Positions 1 to 10,700 of a stretch of 64,000 nt of DNA are shown piece by piece; positions within the stretch are counted from its first letter, which is position 1, and every line of letters starts with the position of its first letter. The translations under genes were made by a program, and so were the position numbers. The stretch comes from a virus. Where the stretch lies: IMG/VR virus record IMGVR_UViG_3300034069_002177, positions 46,907-110,906 of that record, one strand, 5' to 3'. Below the pieces are notes generated by a model. The model saw only the letters and a list, made by a program, of their open reading frames with translations. It made no database searches and was not told where the DNA came from.

Positions 1-76
1 CTCAATGTTGCTGAATATGTGCATGGAATCGCTGTTGACGAGGACCAGTCGTAGCTAAATCGGCTACACTCTACTT

Positions 77-583
77 ATGGCTATAACCGAGATTCCAGCG
101 ATAATTCCAGAATCCGAAACCACTTTCTTCCTAAGAGAGTGGAACCCTCTTGTCGAACTCAACGATGAATCTGACGCTTCTCCGACCGTTCTCATTTACG
201 GTGCTTCGGATGCTGCTCATCAGGCAGCAGCGGGTATGATTGCGAAATTGATTTCACAGTTCCCCAACATGGCGTTATTTGTTGTGCCGGAAACACCAGA
301 AAACGCTGAAGAGGAAATCGACAAGACAACCGAGATTATGGAATGGTTATCGAATACAGAGAATAGAGGCTTGATGCCTCAGGTTTCTGATTTCAACACT
401 CCTATCCCGCTCATCTACCTTTCTAACGTCAATGACCTTTATACGGAGACATCTTTGGTGCGCCTCGTACGCAGGGCTAGATTTCTAGGCGTGGCAGTAT
501 TGGCAGTAGCCAGTCACATCGACCCGGAATCATCGACGTTCAGCAACATCTCAGGTATGTTCACTCATGCCATCGAAGTGTAG
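77..583 (+). CDS. hypothetical protein, possibly degenerate P-loop/FtsK-like fold
   Basis: 168-aa ORF; LVRRARFLGVAVLAV resembles an FtsK-like segment but there is no intact Walker A. Confidence 0.6.
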   Translation: MAITEIPAIIPESETTFFLREWNPLVELNDESDASPTVLIYGASDAAHQAAAGMIAKLISQFPNMALFVVPETPENAEEEIDKTTEIMEWLSNTENRGLMPQVSDFNTPIPLIYLSNVNDLYTETSLVRLVRRARFLGVAVLAVASHIDPESSTFSNISGMFTHAIEV

Positions 584-616
584 TGCTATAGTCAGGGCTA
601 ACCCTGGAGGCACACC

Positions 617-1129
617 ATGTACGGAAGAGCTTTAGCTGCTCGCATTCCTGAACGCAAATGGTACGAGCCATCTCCCTACATCACTACGTTCGATGATTTC
701 GGGAACATCAATACAAAGGCGCTTGATGCCGTTCAAGAAGCCTATCTTTGCTGTGCGGATCAGTTGCCCGCTGCAAGCCATCCCGGTGATGTCTGGCTGT
801 GTGCAATCTGCGACAGGATATGGGCTGTTCCTTCCGATCATGCTATTGGTAACTCATGGACGCTCACTCGATTGAAGTACGTGGACAAAGCCTCCAAGGA
901 TGTTCTAGCGCTCCGTTCATACCATTGGGGACATGCTACCTTCGCAGTTTTCATCGTCTCGATTCTGCTTTCCATTGCAGTCTTCGTTATTTCCAGTGGA
1001 GTTCACCCCCTATCGGCAACATATATCAGTTCGGCTTTCTTTGCGGTCGGGGTGGTCATTACTGCTTTTATCGCTTCTCGATGGCGTAAACTGTCTGCTC
1101 AGTACAACTTGTCAATAAGTGACAACTAG
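617..1129 (+). CDS. membrane protein with N-terminal Cys cluster
   Basis: GGAGG RBS; CC...CAIC..W followed by two hydrophobic helices. Confidence 0.7.
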   Translation: MYGRALAARIPERKWYEPSPYITTFDDFGNINTKALDAVQEAYLCCADQLPAASHPGDVWLCAICDRIWAVPSDHAIGNSWTLTRLKYVDKASKDVLALRSYHWGHATFAVFIVSILLSIAVFVISSGVHPLSATYISSAFFAVGVVITAFIASRWRKLSAQYNLSISDN

Positions 1130-1141
1130 GGGATGATTTAG

Positions 1142-1651
1142 ATGGCGGAGCACGTTTCAGTAGACTCCGATATCGTAGGTATCGACAACGAACTCAAAGG
1201 CGTTGAATCGTGTTGCATCAATTCGCTTTACGCGGAGGAAGCAACACCTAATGGCGTTGGCATTGTCTGCAATGTCTGCGGTGATGTGTGGGTCTCCACC
1301 ATCGAAGAAAGCAGCAACGTTCTTTGGCGTCGTACGTACGCCGGTCGTTATACAGATGATGTCCGCGCGAAAATTGAAGTAGCTTCCAAGAATGAACACC
1401 GTATCAAGCGAAACATCGTTCTCAGCATTGCTGCGGTATTCGTGTTCGTCATCATTTGGAACATCTTCGACTACGCAACGGATAAGTATGCGTTGTCGGA
1501 GATTCTGCTCAGTAGCTTCATCGTCATTATCATTGGCGGTGCTGTTTCCGTTGCTATGTTCAAGGGTTTGTTCAGAAGCTTCTCCCGCAATACTCGTAAG
1601 TTGAAGTACGAGTTACCTCGTGTGGAAAAGACCGAATTGGTTGCCGAGTAG
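1142..1651 (+). CDS. membrane protein with N-terminal Cys cluster (paralogue of 617..1129)
   Basis: CC...CNVC..W followed by two hydrophobic helices. Confidence 0.7.
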   Translation: MAEHVSVDSDIVGIDNELKGVESCCINSLYAEEATPNGVGIVCNVCGDVWVSTIEESSNVLWRRTYAGRYTDDVRAKIEVASKNEHRIKRNIVLSIAAVFVFVIIWNIFDYATDKYALSEILLSSFIVIIIGGAVSVAMFKGLFRSFSRNTRKLKYELPRVEKTELVAE

Positions 1652-1660
1652 CAACTGCAC

Positions 1661-1709
1661 AAGACCGGCTGTGATTCTTCGGATGAACAGCCGGTCTTTT
1701 CTTTTTTTT
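1661..1709 (+). terminator. intrinsic terminator
   Basis: AAGACCGGCTG...CAGCCGGTCTT inverted repeat plus T-tract. Confidence 0.75.
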
Positions 1710-1799
1710 ACTTGGGTATCCAATTTTTGACTTTCTTCGCCGGTCCATGTTCGGACTTGTATGCTGTAGAAAATTTAGTCAATCAGAAGGGGCGCTGTA

Positions 1800-2813
1800 G
1801 TGCCAACCATCAAGTCGAGTAACACGTCAACGAAAGACAACAGCGTAAGCAAGGGGGTGTTGTACCTCATTGGTGTTGCCGCATTCGTCCTTTTATGGCT
1901 CATTGGTTACGGCGCGGATCTTCTCATCTATCGCTCGCTTAGTCCGCTGCCTCTAATTCTTCCGCTGGTGACAAGTATCCCTATCGCTATGCTGTTTAAT
2001 CGCGTTTCTCGCGTGTACCCAGGTGCCGCCTCCATTTTTGGATACGTTGCTACTTCCATGCTGGCACTGGCATTAGCCATCATCGCCCTGCTGACTTTCT
2101 CTTCCAGTAACAGCCCGTTGGCGATTGGAACCGCTGCGGCTATTCTTGGTCTCATCTACCCAACCGTCGCCGTTGGTTTTTGCCGAGCTATCGAAGTATT
2201 CATGGAGAAGCTTGGTTTGTTCGACAACGCCATCTCCACTTTGGATCACTACGACACCATCAAGGAGCGCGAGCGTTCTGAAAAGGTCCAGCACGAAGAA
2301 GAAGTTGTTCATGATAAGGAGGAAGCCGACGCGGTAGTGGCGGAAGTTGTTGCTGAGGCGGTTGCCGTAGCTGTCGCAGAGGCTGCACCTGTGGTTGTCG
2401 AGCCTACGGTTGTTGTCGTATTGAAGGACGAGCCTGAAGTTCCGGCAAGTCCTTTTGCTCTGAGTGATGAATCTAAGGAGCCAGCAGTTTTGGATTACAG
2501 CAAGGCTGTCAAGACCATCAAGACGAAGAAAAGTGGTGTTGAAATCATTGAACTTGACTTCGACGAACTAGGTCGTGTGGGCGCATCCAAAGTTCAGGTA
2601 ATTGTTGACTCGCAGCATGAGAACGAGGTTGCTGTTAGCGCCGAGTCTACTAGCGATGAAGAGCTAGAAGAAGTTCTCGTTGCCGAAGAATCACCTGCTG
2701 AAGCGCCTGTTGTCGTCAAGAAGGCTACGCCCCGGAAGAAGTCCGCTACCCGCCGACGTACCACGCCCAGCAAATCCCCCACAGCCGAAGTTGATGAGAC
2801 TATCGAGTCGTAA
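1800..2813 (+). CDS. membrane protein with acidic/basic low-complexity tail
   Basis: four hydrophobic segments then E/V-rich and K/R-rich tail. Confidence 0.75.
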   Translation: MPTIKSSNTSTKDNSVSKGVLYLIGVAAFVLLWLIGYGADLLIYRSLSPLPLILPLVTSIPIAMLFNRVSRVYPGAASIFGYVATSMLALALAIIALLTFSSSNSPLAIGTAAAILGLIYPTVAVGFCRAIEVFMEKLGLFDNAISTLDHYDTIKERERSEKVQHEEEVVHDKEEADAVVAEVVAEAVAVAVAEAAPVVVEPTVVVVLKDEPEVPASPFALSDESKEPAVLDYSKAVKTIKTKKSGVEIIELDFDELGRVGASKVQVIVDSQHENEVAVSAESTSDEELEEVLVAEESPAEAPVVVKKATPRKKSATRRRTTPSKSPTAEVDETIES

Positions 2814-2929
2814 GTAACAAAAATGAAAGACCTAGCTGAGAGTTACATGCAGCTAGGTCTTTTATTTGCCTTCCTCCTTGCTGAGTGTTTATCTAAGTGC
2901 TACGATTACCGCTCAGCAACGGAGGTATC

Positions 2930-3745
2930 GTGGGGACACGTAAAGACGAAATCAAGCAGAAGGCGCAAGCAACTCGTGATGCGCAGAAGAAAAAAGAGAA
3001 GCGCTCTCGATTAGCCTTCCAAGGCGGTATTGCCGGTGTGATCCTCGCGGCTGTTGTCGTTGTCGTCTTAGTCGTTCTGGGGTCTAGTAGTGCACAGGCG
3101 GGTACTCCTGGAAATATGTTTAGCGGCGGTGTCCAGTTCAAGAATTCAAGTCTGACGCCAGTGTCAAGTCCAGCTTCCGATAAGTTCGCTATCAAGACTC
3201 CACCACTGCCTAAGGACAAGGTGGACGTGAGTATTTATATCGACTACCAGTGCCCGTTCTGTAACGATTTCGAGAAGGCATATGGAGACAATTTGCAGTC
3301 TCTGGCAGCATCTGGGAAAATTGACCTCGCATATCACCCCATTGCTATTCTTGATCGTTCTTCATCTGGAACCAAGTATTCGACTCGTGCAGCGGGAGCC
3401 AGTGCATGCGTAGCTGAGTCTGCTCCTTCGCAGTGGCTTGCATTCAACAAGCTGATGTTCGCCAATCAGCCTGCCGAAGGTGGTACTGGTCTTGAGAACG
3501 ATAGGATCATCAGTATTACTAAGGAAGCAAAAGTAGACAATGCTGACACCATCAGCAAGTGCATTACAGACAAGAAGTACGACGGTTGGGCAACCAAGGT
3601 GACCGCCGCTGCGAGCAAGAACCTGCCGCACACCAATGCAGGTCTTGCTGCTACGCCGTCTATTGTTGTCGATGGCAAGCTTTACGCTCAGGCTGACGGA
3701 GACTTCAGCGCTTACCTGAACAAGCTCATTGCCGCGAAGAGCTAA
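2930..3745 (+). CDS. DsbA-family thioredoxin-fold protein
   Basis: TM anchor, DYQCPFC active site, ATPS cis-Pro loop; GGAGG before GTG 2930. Confidence 0.9.
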   Translation: MGTRKDEIKQKAQATRDAQKKKEKRSRLAFQGGIAGVILAAVVVVVLVVLGSSSAQAGTPGNMFSGGVQFKNSSLTPVSSPASDKFAIKTPPLPKDKVDVSIYIDYQCPFCNDFEKAYGDNLQSLAASGKIDLAYHPIAILDRSSSGTKYSTRAAGASACVAESAPSQWLAFNKLMFANQPAEGGTGLENDRIISITKEAKVDNADTISKCITDKKYDGWATKVTAAASKNLPHTNAGLAATPSIVVDGKLYAQADGDFSAYLNKLIAAKS

Positions 3746-4395
3746 CCCGCAATACGCTTAGCGTTGTCAATAGTAGAATCTTCCTGTTCAACTCCACCTT
3801 GGTTGATGAGCAGGAAGATTTCTGCTTCTTGCTCAATGGTTTCGACACTCGCCTCCATTGTAGGAAGAACGGTTGTGTGGCGGAAGCTACGCTGAAAACC
3901 TTCACTGAGGTCGCTGTACTTGACCATTTCTTCTTCGGATGAACTTTGTGATTCGTCGAACCACTCATTGGGTACCTCCAAGCGGTCTTCCATGAAGTCA
4001 AGTACAGCTTCGATACGCTGTTTGCCGTCTACGACAGCACCATAGTGGTCACTGCCGAACGGTCGTTTGTTCAGAATTACCGAGCCGGTGGGAATGCCTA
4101 GCAAAAGTGAACGAATGAGACCCTGCTTGTGTGCGGTATCCCAGACGGATCCGCGCTGATAAGGAGCATCAAAGTCGTATTGATCACGCGCAGAGAGCCA
4201 ATGTCCTACCGTATAGGAGGCGGAATCCATGCGGAGCTTTTCCAAAGGCTTGCGTTCGATCTTGGAAGCCTTCGGAGGCGCACCGACAGCAGCAGACCTA
4301 TCCGCAGTGGAACCGGAGTTCTTATCAGGGTTCACTTTGCGAGAGGTGACAATGCCGTTTTTATCAACGATTGGCTTATTAACGAGGTTGCTCAT
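3742..4395 (-). CDS. DUF262 (ParB-like/GmrS-type) protein with DKNG leader
   Basis: YQRGSVW, LIRSLLLGIP, VVDGKQR motifs; N-terminus IVDKNG. Confidence 0.85.
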   Translation of the reverse strand: MSNLVNKPIVDKNGIVTSRKVNPDKNSGSTADRSAAVGAPPKASKIERKPLEKLRMDSASYTVGHWLSARDQYDFDAPYQRGSVWDTAHKQGLIRSLLLGIPTGSVILNKRPFGSDHYGAVVDGKQRIEAVLDFMEDRLEVPNEWFDESQSSSEEEMVKYSDLSEGFQRSFRHTTVLPTMEASVETIEQEAEIFLLINQGGVEQEDSTIDNAKRIAG

Positions 4396-4401
4396 ATCTC
4401 T

Positions 4402-4423
4402 ATTATGCCAGATGCGTCCGATC
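4402..4423 (-). promoter_or_regulatory. PafBC-like promoter variant, probably leaderless
   Basis: GATCG-N11-CATAAT, 6 nt before ATG 4395. Confidence 0.45.
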
Positions 4424-4671
4424 TAACGAACTGTAAGCTCGGACAGAGCGAAATCAGCCTGTCGCATACCGGAGCGCAGCGCAACATGCGTCACACCCTG
4501 ACGAGCCAGCTTGGCAGCCCACGACCTGGAGATACGCTTGTTGTAGCTCTGTCGCACCCAACCCTTGTCCGGGTGGAACTCGGATACGACAGTCGGATGA
4601 AGAGCGAAATCGCGGACGGCATCACCAAAGTATTTAAGGGCAGCAGCCGGAACCTTTGCAGAGAATCCCAT
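4423..4671 (-). CDS. hypothetical protein
   Basis: 82-aa ORF co-oriented with the DUF262 gene, AG-rich RBS. Confidence 0.55.
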   Translation of the reverse strand: MGFSAKVPAAALKYFGDAVRDFALHPTVVSEFHPDKGWVRQSYNKRISRSWAAKLARQGVTHVALRSGMRQADFALSELTVR

Positions 4672-4804
4672 GATGATTAGCTTTCTGATTACAGTGAGTG
4701 TTTCAAGTCAATTATTACGATACTACTTATTTGTTCTGATGTCAATTTGATTTGTGAAGTTTGTCCTGATATCTTGTGGACTGCACAACAAGGAGCACAC
4801 AGTA

Positions 4805-5731
4805 ATGCGAAAACTAGCAGTCAAGCTCACAGCCTTCGACCTGCTTCATTGGGTTAACGAACACACCGTCAGCAATGACATCTTTGAACAGGCTATCGTC
4901 CGCAATACCCTCATCAACCTTCTGGATCTTTACGACCACTGGTGTAAAGACGAGACAACTTGTGATGTGTGCCAACGCCCCGAGGGTGCCTTCGTTAGAA
5001 ATCGTGAGTCCGAACTTGAATATCATGCCGAAGCAATTTTCGAGAGCAACCGTAAGTTCGCAGAGTTGAAGACGCGGCTAGATAAAACCAATTTTGACAT
5101 CAGTTCTTTGTACTCCGCCTTCATCACCCCCGAGAGCGATACCGTTATTCGAGCCGTCGCGCACCGTGGAGTGATTAGTGACTTCGGTGAGATGCATTAC
5201 ACCCGACGAGGATCTGTTGCAACTCTTGGTTCGAATCACCCTGTCGTTATTCAAGGCGAAGAATTTGGAAAGACGGCTTTTGACGGCTCTCTCACCTTGA
5301 CGGTGTTTCTTGATACCGATCACCTTTCCGAAAGTTGGACCGTCGAAAATACGCTTGCAGCTAATGAGCTTGTGACATTCACCTCTGATTCACTGAGTTC
5401 AATGCGAGTGGGCGACATCGAAATACCCACTAACGTGGAAAGGGTTGAAGAAGAAGTCTTCGCCCTCGGCGGGATTCTGGAAGACGAACGTGACATAGTT
5501 CGTTTGGAACGTCACAAGGTTATCAACGCTACTCGTTCGCACCCTGTATTAGGTAGGTTGGCTAACGGGGATGACGTATGGCAGATTGTCAGCGATGGTG
5601 CTGGTAGGACAATCAACGATGCCATGCGGACCATTTTGGCATCTAAGGGCGATCCTTCGTTGACCACTGAAGAGGCGATCAAATTAGCTTCGATTGTTTT
5701 CTCGAAACGAGGCATCAAGCAGTACGTTTGA
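4805..5731 (+). CDS. hypothetical protein
   Basis: AAGGAG RBS before ATG 4805; long ORF. Confidence 0.75.
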   Translation: MRKLAVKLTAFDLLHWVNEHTVSNDIFEQAIVRNTLINLLDLYDHWCKDETTCDVCQRPEGAFVRNRESELEYHAEAIFESNRKFAELKTRLDKTNFDISSLYSAFITPESDTVIRAVAHRGVISDFGEMHYTRRGSVATLGSNHPVVIQGEEFGKTAFDGSLTLTVFLDTDHLSESWTVENTLAANELVTFTSDSLSSMRVGDIEIPTNVERVEEEVFALGGILEDERDIVRLERHKVINATRSHPVLGRLANGDDVWQIVSDGAGRTINDAMRTILASKGDPSLTTEEAIKLASIVFSKRGIKQYV

Positions 5732-5768
5732 CCCTAGACTGTACCCGGTCACAACGATAAGGAACTTC

Positions 5769-7382
5769 ATGGTCACGTATTCTGCTGCACCCCTCGAAAA
5801 TGAGACGGTTGCCCAAATCGCTCCCCAGACTCTCAAGGAGATTTTCCAGACGGATTCTCTCTTCCCCGGACGCGTTCTGTCCGCATTAGGGTTTGGTCGT
5901 TCGCTTGACGCTAAGTATCGTGAGGTGACAGAATCTGATACGGCAAACGAGTTCTATCGCGGCGTCATTGAAGACGCAGTAGCCTTCCGCGAAGGCGTTG
6001 GACTCTACATCGTTGATGACATCACCACGACTTTGGTTGGTGAGTCTCTCATCGCTAAGATTTCCGTGACGGATGATTCTGTTATCAAGCAGGACACTCA
6101 TCTTCTCGGAGGTGTTGCCGCATTCGCTATCCCGACCAATAGCCACAATCATGCAGTGTTGGTGACATCCGGTGGACTCGACAAGCCAGCATTCAAGAAC
6201 GTTGCGGGTGTCTCGGTGCTTCCTGTTGACTATGCGTTCCAGAACGTCGCAGAGACGCTCTATACCATTGCTAATCTTGTACTAGGTGACTTCCCAGAGG
6301 AACACGGTACTAATTGGTCAGAAGGCACCAATGTTGCTATCACGTTCTACCGCGTATCGGGTGAAGAGATCAAGCGTGAGTACCAGTTGGTTCTTCGTAC
6401 CGAAGACGGCATTGTCGTCGCTAAGGAAGCGAACGCCAATGAGGATGGTTATATCTCCATCAAGGCATGGAGCGATGTCGAGCCAGGCGAGCACGCGCTT
6501 TCTTCGTTTGTGTATCACGCACACGAGAAGTTCGCTGATCGACTCAATGAGATCGAGAACAAGGGTAATGCACTCGCGACCATCAATGCTGATGAGAACG
6601 TCGAAGCGTATGACGACTACAACAACGACCGTTACCTTCCTCTTTACCTTGACGACTTGCAGGTAGTTGCAAGTCAGGATGTCTTCGGCTATGACGAGCA
6701 CCCTGTTCACGAGCTTGCCGCTCTCGAAGAAGAACCAGTTGATGACGGTAACTCCGATGTTCCCGATTTCGGTTCAGATGCGGACACGGACGAGGTTACT
6801 TCCGAAGCTGTCGCAGATGCCCCCGCCGAGTCCGATTCCGCCACTGACGACGCCACCGCCGATGCTATCGAGTCGGAAGATACCGGGTCTGTTATCACCT
6901 CGCCGGAAGATATTGAGACGGCTGATGATTTGGTTCATTTCGCTGAGTACGAAGTGACCCATTCTGAAGAGCCGGTTGTTGCTGGTGATGTCAATGACGT
7001 AACCGCTGAGACCGAAGATCCTTTCGCGCTTGGTGCTGAGTACCTCATCAACGAAATTCCCGAAAGTGATGAAGTGCAGCCCTTGGTAGAAGGTGAAATC
7101 GATGGCACCGTATTCGATAAGACCGAGGTTGTCACTGACGATGCAGATATTCAGCCCGAGCCTTTGGAAGAACTAGCTGACCCTGCTGCGTTCGAAAACC
7201 TCCAGTGGTCCGAAGTTGTTGCCGGTGATGGTTTCGATGAAACTATCGTCGAAGACGCGACGCCTCAGCTTGCTCCTGAGTTCGGTGATCTTTCGTGGGA
7301 AGATGTCGCCACTACGGTAGCTGACGACGATAATGATGCGCAGGATGAGAAGCCATTGAAGGGTTTCTTGAATAAGGGCTGA
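5769..7382 (+). CDS. hypothetical protein with highly acidic C-terminal half
   Basis: AAGGA RBS; D/E-rich tail. Confidence 0.8.
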   Translation: MVTYSAAPLENETVAQIAPQTLKEIFQTDSLFPGRVLSALGFGRSLDAKYREVTESDTANEFYRGVIEDAVAFREGVGLYIVDDITTTLVGESLIAKISVTDDSVIKQDTHLLGGVAAFAIPTNSHNHAVLVTSGGLDKPAFKNVAGVSVLPVDYAFQNVAETLYTIANLVLGDFPEEHGTNWSEGTNVAITFYRVSGEEIKREYQLVLRTEDGIVVAKEANANEDGYISIKAWSDVEPGEHALSSFVYHAHEKFADRLNEIENKGNALATINADENVEAYDDYNNDRYLPLYLDDLQVVASQDVFGYDEHPVHELAALEEEPVDDGNSDVPDFGSDADTDEVTSEAVADAPAESDSATDDATADAIESEDTGSVITSPEDIETADDLVHFAEYEVTHSEEPVVAGDVNDVTAETEDPFALGAEYLINEIPESDEVQPLVEGEIDGTVFDKTEVVTDDADIQPEPLEELADPAAFENLQWSEVVAGDGFDETIVEDATPQLAPEFGDLSWEDVATTVADDDNDAQDEKPLKGFLNKG

Positions 7383-7443
7383 TCCCGAGTTGCAAAAATA
7401 CTCCCGAGTTGTTATGATCACATTTCAACTCGGGAGTATTTGC

Positions 7444-8922
7444 GTGAAAGCAACAGACGAACAGGCAGACGCCATTGAAGCGTTCGACGAAGGGGACAAC
7501 CTCGCGCTCGTAGCGGGGGCAGGAACCGGCAAGACCACCGTCCTCAAAATGATGGCGGAAGGCGACTCACGTCGGGGTCTTTACCTGGCATTCAATAAGT
7601 CAGTGAGGGAAGAAGCCAACATCAAGTTCCGTAAGACTAACGTCGAGGCGCGCACCGCACACTCGTTGGCTTACAAGGACTTCGGCGCTCCCCGACAAGA
7701 TCGCCTTCCTGGTCAGGGTGCTGCGTTCATGCGTAACTCCACTCTTGCCAAGGCGCTCGACATTGTTCCAACGACTGTCAAGGGCGATGACATCAGCGAG
7801 CGCAAGGTCGGTGCTGCCGAACTAGCCCACCTCGCTAAGCAGACTGTCAAGCAATTCACCAAGACCAAAGATGAATCCATCAGTCTTGATATGGTGGAGC
7901 TTCCTCCACTATTTGCTGCTGACAAAAAGATCGCAGCAGACCTCACGCCTCTCGTGCACAAATACGCTGAGCGTCTGTGGAAAGAAGTTGTTTCGCTCGA
8001 TAGCGAAATCCCCATTTCTCACGATGACTACTTGAAGCTCTACCAGCTAAGCAAGCCGTTCATTAAGGCTGACTATATTTTCCTTGACGAGGCACAGGAT
8101 GCCGACTCTCTCATGGTGGAAATCATCAAGGATCAGATGGACCACGCTCAGATCATTGCGGTAGGAGACCGTTCGCAGGCTATCTATGGCTGGCGAGGCG
8201 GCACCATAGACGCTATGACTGAGTTTGGTGGCGTAGAGCGTCACCTCACGCAGTCATTCCGATTCGGTGATGCAATCGCCGCACAGGCAAATAAGATTCT
8301 GGATCTTCTCGATGCTGACATTCGACTGAGAGGAACGCCCTCTATCAAGTCTGAGGTGTTGTTCGGTGAGCGCTTGGAAGAGCCTGACGCCATTCTCACT
8401 CGCACTAACATTGGAAGTATGGTGGAAGTTCTTGCGCGTCAGTCCGCAGGTGAGAACGTTGCTATCGCTGGTCAGCACAAGGCGAATGAAATGAAGAAGA
8501 TTGCTAAGGCGGCTCAGGATTTGCAGGAGAAGGGTTACACCCCGCACCCCGACTTCTCGGCGTTTGACAACTGGAGCGAAGTTGTCGCATTCAGCGAAAC
8601 AGATGAAGGCTCCGAGTTTACCCCGATTGTGAACCTCGTTCAAACATGGTCGCCGTTGCAGATTATCGATGCTATCGATTCCTGCGTACCGGTCGAGAAG
8701 TCCGATGTGGTTATCTCCACTGCTCACATCGCAAAGGGTCTCGAATGGAATCGTGTTCGTATCGGTGAAGACTTCTACCCTCCGAAGTACATTGACGGCG
8801 TTCAGCAGCCGCTGGCGCGCGAGGAAGCCATGCTCGCATATGTCGCAGTGACTCGTGCCAAGCATGAACTGGACGACTTCGGCTTGTCGTGGATTTACAA
8901 GTACCGTGGGGAGATTGAATAG
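7444..8922 (+). CDS. UvrD/Rep-like SF1 helicase
   Basis: AGAGTGKT, DEAQD, VGDRSQAIYGWRG, QSFRF, AKGLEW, YVAVTRA. Confidence 0.95.
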   Translation: MKATDEQADAIEAFDEGDNLALVAGAGTGKTTVLKMMAEGDSRRGLYLAFNKSVREEANIKFRKTNVEARTAHSLAYKDFGAPRQDRLPGQGAAFMRNSTLAKALDIVPTTVKGDDISERKVGAAELAHLAKQTVKQFTKTKDESISLDMVELPPLFAADKKIAADLTPLVHKYAERLWKEVVSLDSEIPISHDDYLKLYQLSKPFIKADYIFLDEAQDADSLMVEIIKDQMDHAQIIAVGDRSQAIYGWRGGTIDAMTEFGGVERHLTQSFRFGDAIAAQANKILDLLDADIRLRGTPSIKSEVLFGERLEEPDAILTRTNIGSMVEVLARQSAGENVAIAGQHKANEMKKIAKAAQDLQEKGYTPHPDFSAFDNWSEVVAFSETDEGSEFTPIVNLVQTWSPLQIIDAIDSCVPVEKSDVVISTAHIAKGLEWNRVRIGEDFYPPKYIDGVQQPLAREEAMLAYVAVTRAKHELDDFGLSWIYKYRGEIE

Positions 8923-8947
8923 CGCCGACTGGTGTTATTCGTGAACG

Positions 8948-9757
8948 ATGATGAAGAGAAAGAAAATCATGCGTAAGAGTTTCATTGCTGTAGGTACAGC
9001 CGCACTGTCACTTTTGGTGCTCACGGGATGCCAGGGTCTTAACGGATCATCCTCATTTAAGCTAGCTCCCGCTGCTCAGTATCAGCCGCATGCTCTGTCC
9101 AGTTTGGACGAGCAGCAGTTCGAAAACGGTGACATTGCCAGCGATTTCAAGGAGTGGACGAAGGATATTGGTTGGTCGAAGACGTACGAGCTTGCCAACT
9201 CCCCTATTACGTTCATTCCCAAAAACCAGAATGAGTCTTTTGGAGGTTCGGCATCTCATAACGCTTGCACGGCATGGGTTCCTTCTACTCCCGGCTCCGA
9301 GGCTAGCTCGACAACTTTCGACTACGTATATCGACTCAAAAGCGCTGAGGGTAAAGCTGCGAATGCAACCGAGGTCGCTGATGTCATCACGCACCTAGAT
9401 GGCGATATGCAGCGTCAGGGATGGAAGACCTACAACGTGTCACACCTTGGTTTTACCAGCGGTAGCGCCGGTCAGAAGGCTTGGTACGCCCCTTCTACAG
9501 ACATTGACTCACCTTCGCCTACCCCCGTCAAGGGTCACCTAGAAGCTATTTCGGGTAAGCCTAACTCTGAGTACATCAGCTACAGAGTTCTCGCTGCTGA
9601 TCGAGGAAACGGATATATTTCGCTGTACGTAACGACGCCTTGCGCGCCTGTAGAAAGCGATTCTTATAGTCAGTTACAAGGAGATGTGGGAAGCGCTGAG
9701 CTAGACTTGATTCAGTCCGATTCCAAGAATCCCGACAATGCTGTCACCGCGCAGTAA
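8948..9757 (+). CDS. putative lipoprotein
   Basis: signal peptide with LVLTGC lipobox. Confidence 0.75.
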   Translation: MMKRKKIMRKSFIAVGTAALSLLVLTGCQGLNGSSSFKLAPAAQYQPHALSSLDEQQFENGDIASDFKEWTKDIGWSKTYELANSPITFIPKNQNESFGGSASHNACTAWVPSTPGSEASSTTFDYVYRLKSAEGKAANATEVADVITHLDGDMQRQGWKTYNVSHLGFTSGSAGQKAWYAPSTDIDSPSPTPVKGHLEAISGKPNSEYISYRVLAADRGNGYISLYVTTPCAPVESDSYSQLQGDVGSAELDLIQSDSKNPDNAVTAQ

Positions 9758-9799
9758 CACACGAAACACAGACACTACAACAAGGAGAACCACCAAAGC

Positions 9800-10573
9800 A
9801 TGACAACAAACGAAACCGAAGAAACCAAGGTCGAACCGACTTTCCGTTCTGATATCAAAGTAGAACTCGTCAAGAGTTCGGCTAGTGATGACGATGTTCT
9901 TTTCGCCGCCAGGGTATCTACCGCAGGCGAGCAGACCCGCGAGCTAGTTGACTACGATAACCTCTCGGATGAAGACAAGGCAAAGGCGGAAAAGAGGGCT
10001 TCCGGTCTTATCAACTACCTGATGCGCGACCGTCATGGCTCGCCTTTCGAGCACACTTCCTTCACGTTCTACGTCGAAGCACCCATCTTCGTATTCCGCG
10101 AATTCATGCGTCACCGCATGGCTTCCTACAATGAAGAATCGGGACGTTACCGGGAGATGCGCCCTGTCTTCTACGTGCCTAACCGTGAGCGTAACCTCAT
10201 TCAAGTTGGCAAGCCTGGTGCATACGACTTCCTTCCTGGCACGGATGAGCAGTTTGAAATCGTAGACGATGAGACGCGTAAGCAGTCAGTTGCCGCTTAC
10301 GAGGCATACCAGAAGATGCTGAAGGCTGGTGTCGCTCGTGAGGTAGCGCGCATCGTGCTTCCTCTCAACTTGTTCTCCAGCATGTATGTCACCGTGAATG
10401 CTCGTTCCATGATGAACTTCCTTTCGCTTCGCACCAAGGTCGAAGGGTCACACTTCCCCTCTTTCCCGCAGCGCGAGATCGAAATGGCTGCCGAGCAGAT
10501 GGAAAAGTTCTTCGCAGAGAAGATGCCAAACACCTACGCTTCGTTCCAGAAGAACGGGCGCGTGTCCCCGTAA
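9800..10573 (+). CDS. thyX: FAD-dependent thymidylate synthase
   Basis: HGSPFEH, REFMRHRMASYNEESGRY, REVAR motifs. Confidence 0.97.
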   Translation: MTTNETEETKVEPTFRSDIKVELVKSSASDDDVLFAARVSTAGEQTRELVDYDNLSDEDKAKAEKRASGLINYLMRDRHGSPFEHTSFTFYVEAPIFVFREFMRHRMASYNEESGRYREMRPVFYVPNRERNLIQVGKPGAYDFLPGTDEQFEIVDDETRKQSVAAYEAYQKMLKAGVAREVARIVLPLNLFSSMYVTVNARSMMNFLSLRTKVEGSHFPSFPQREIEMAAEQMEKFFAEKMPNTYASFQKNGRVSP

Positions 10574-10700
10574 CACCGCTGTAGAAACAACAAGAAGGCA
10601 CCAGACGAAATCAGTTTGGTGCCTTCTTCTGTATTCGCAATGCGACCGATTTTGCATGCTAGTTTAGTACCCACATAGGCAGTACACGAAAGGGTTTATT

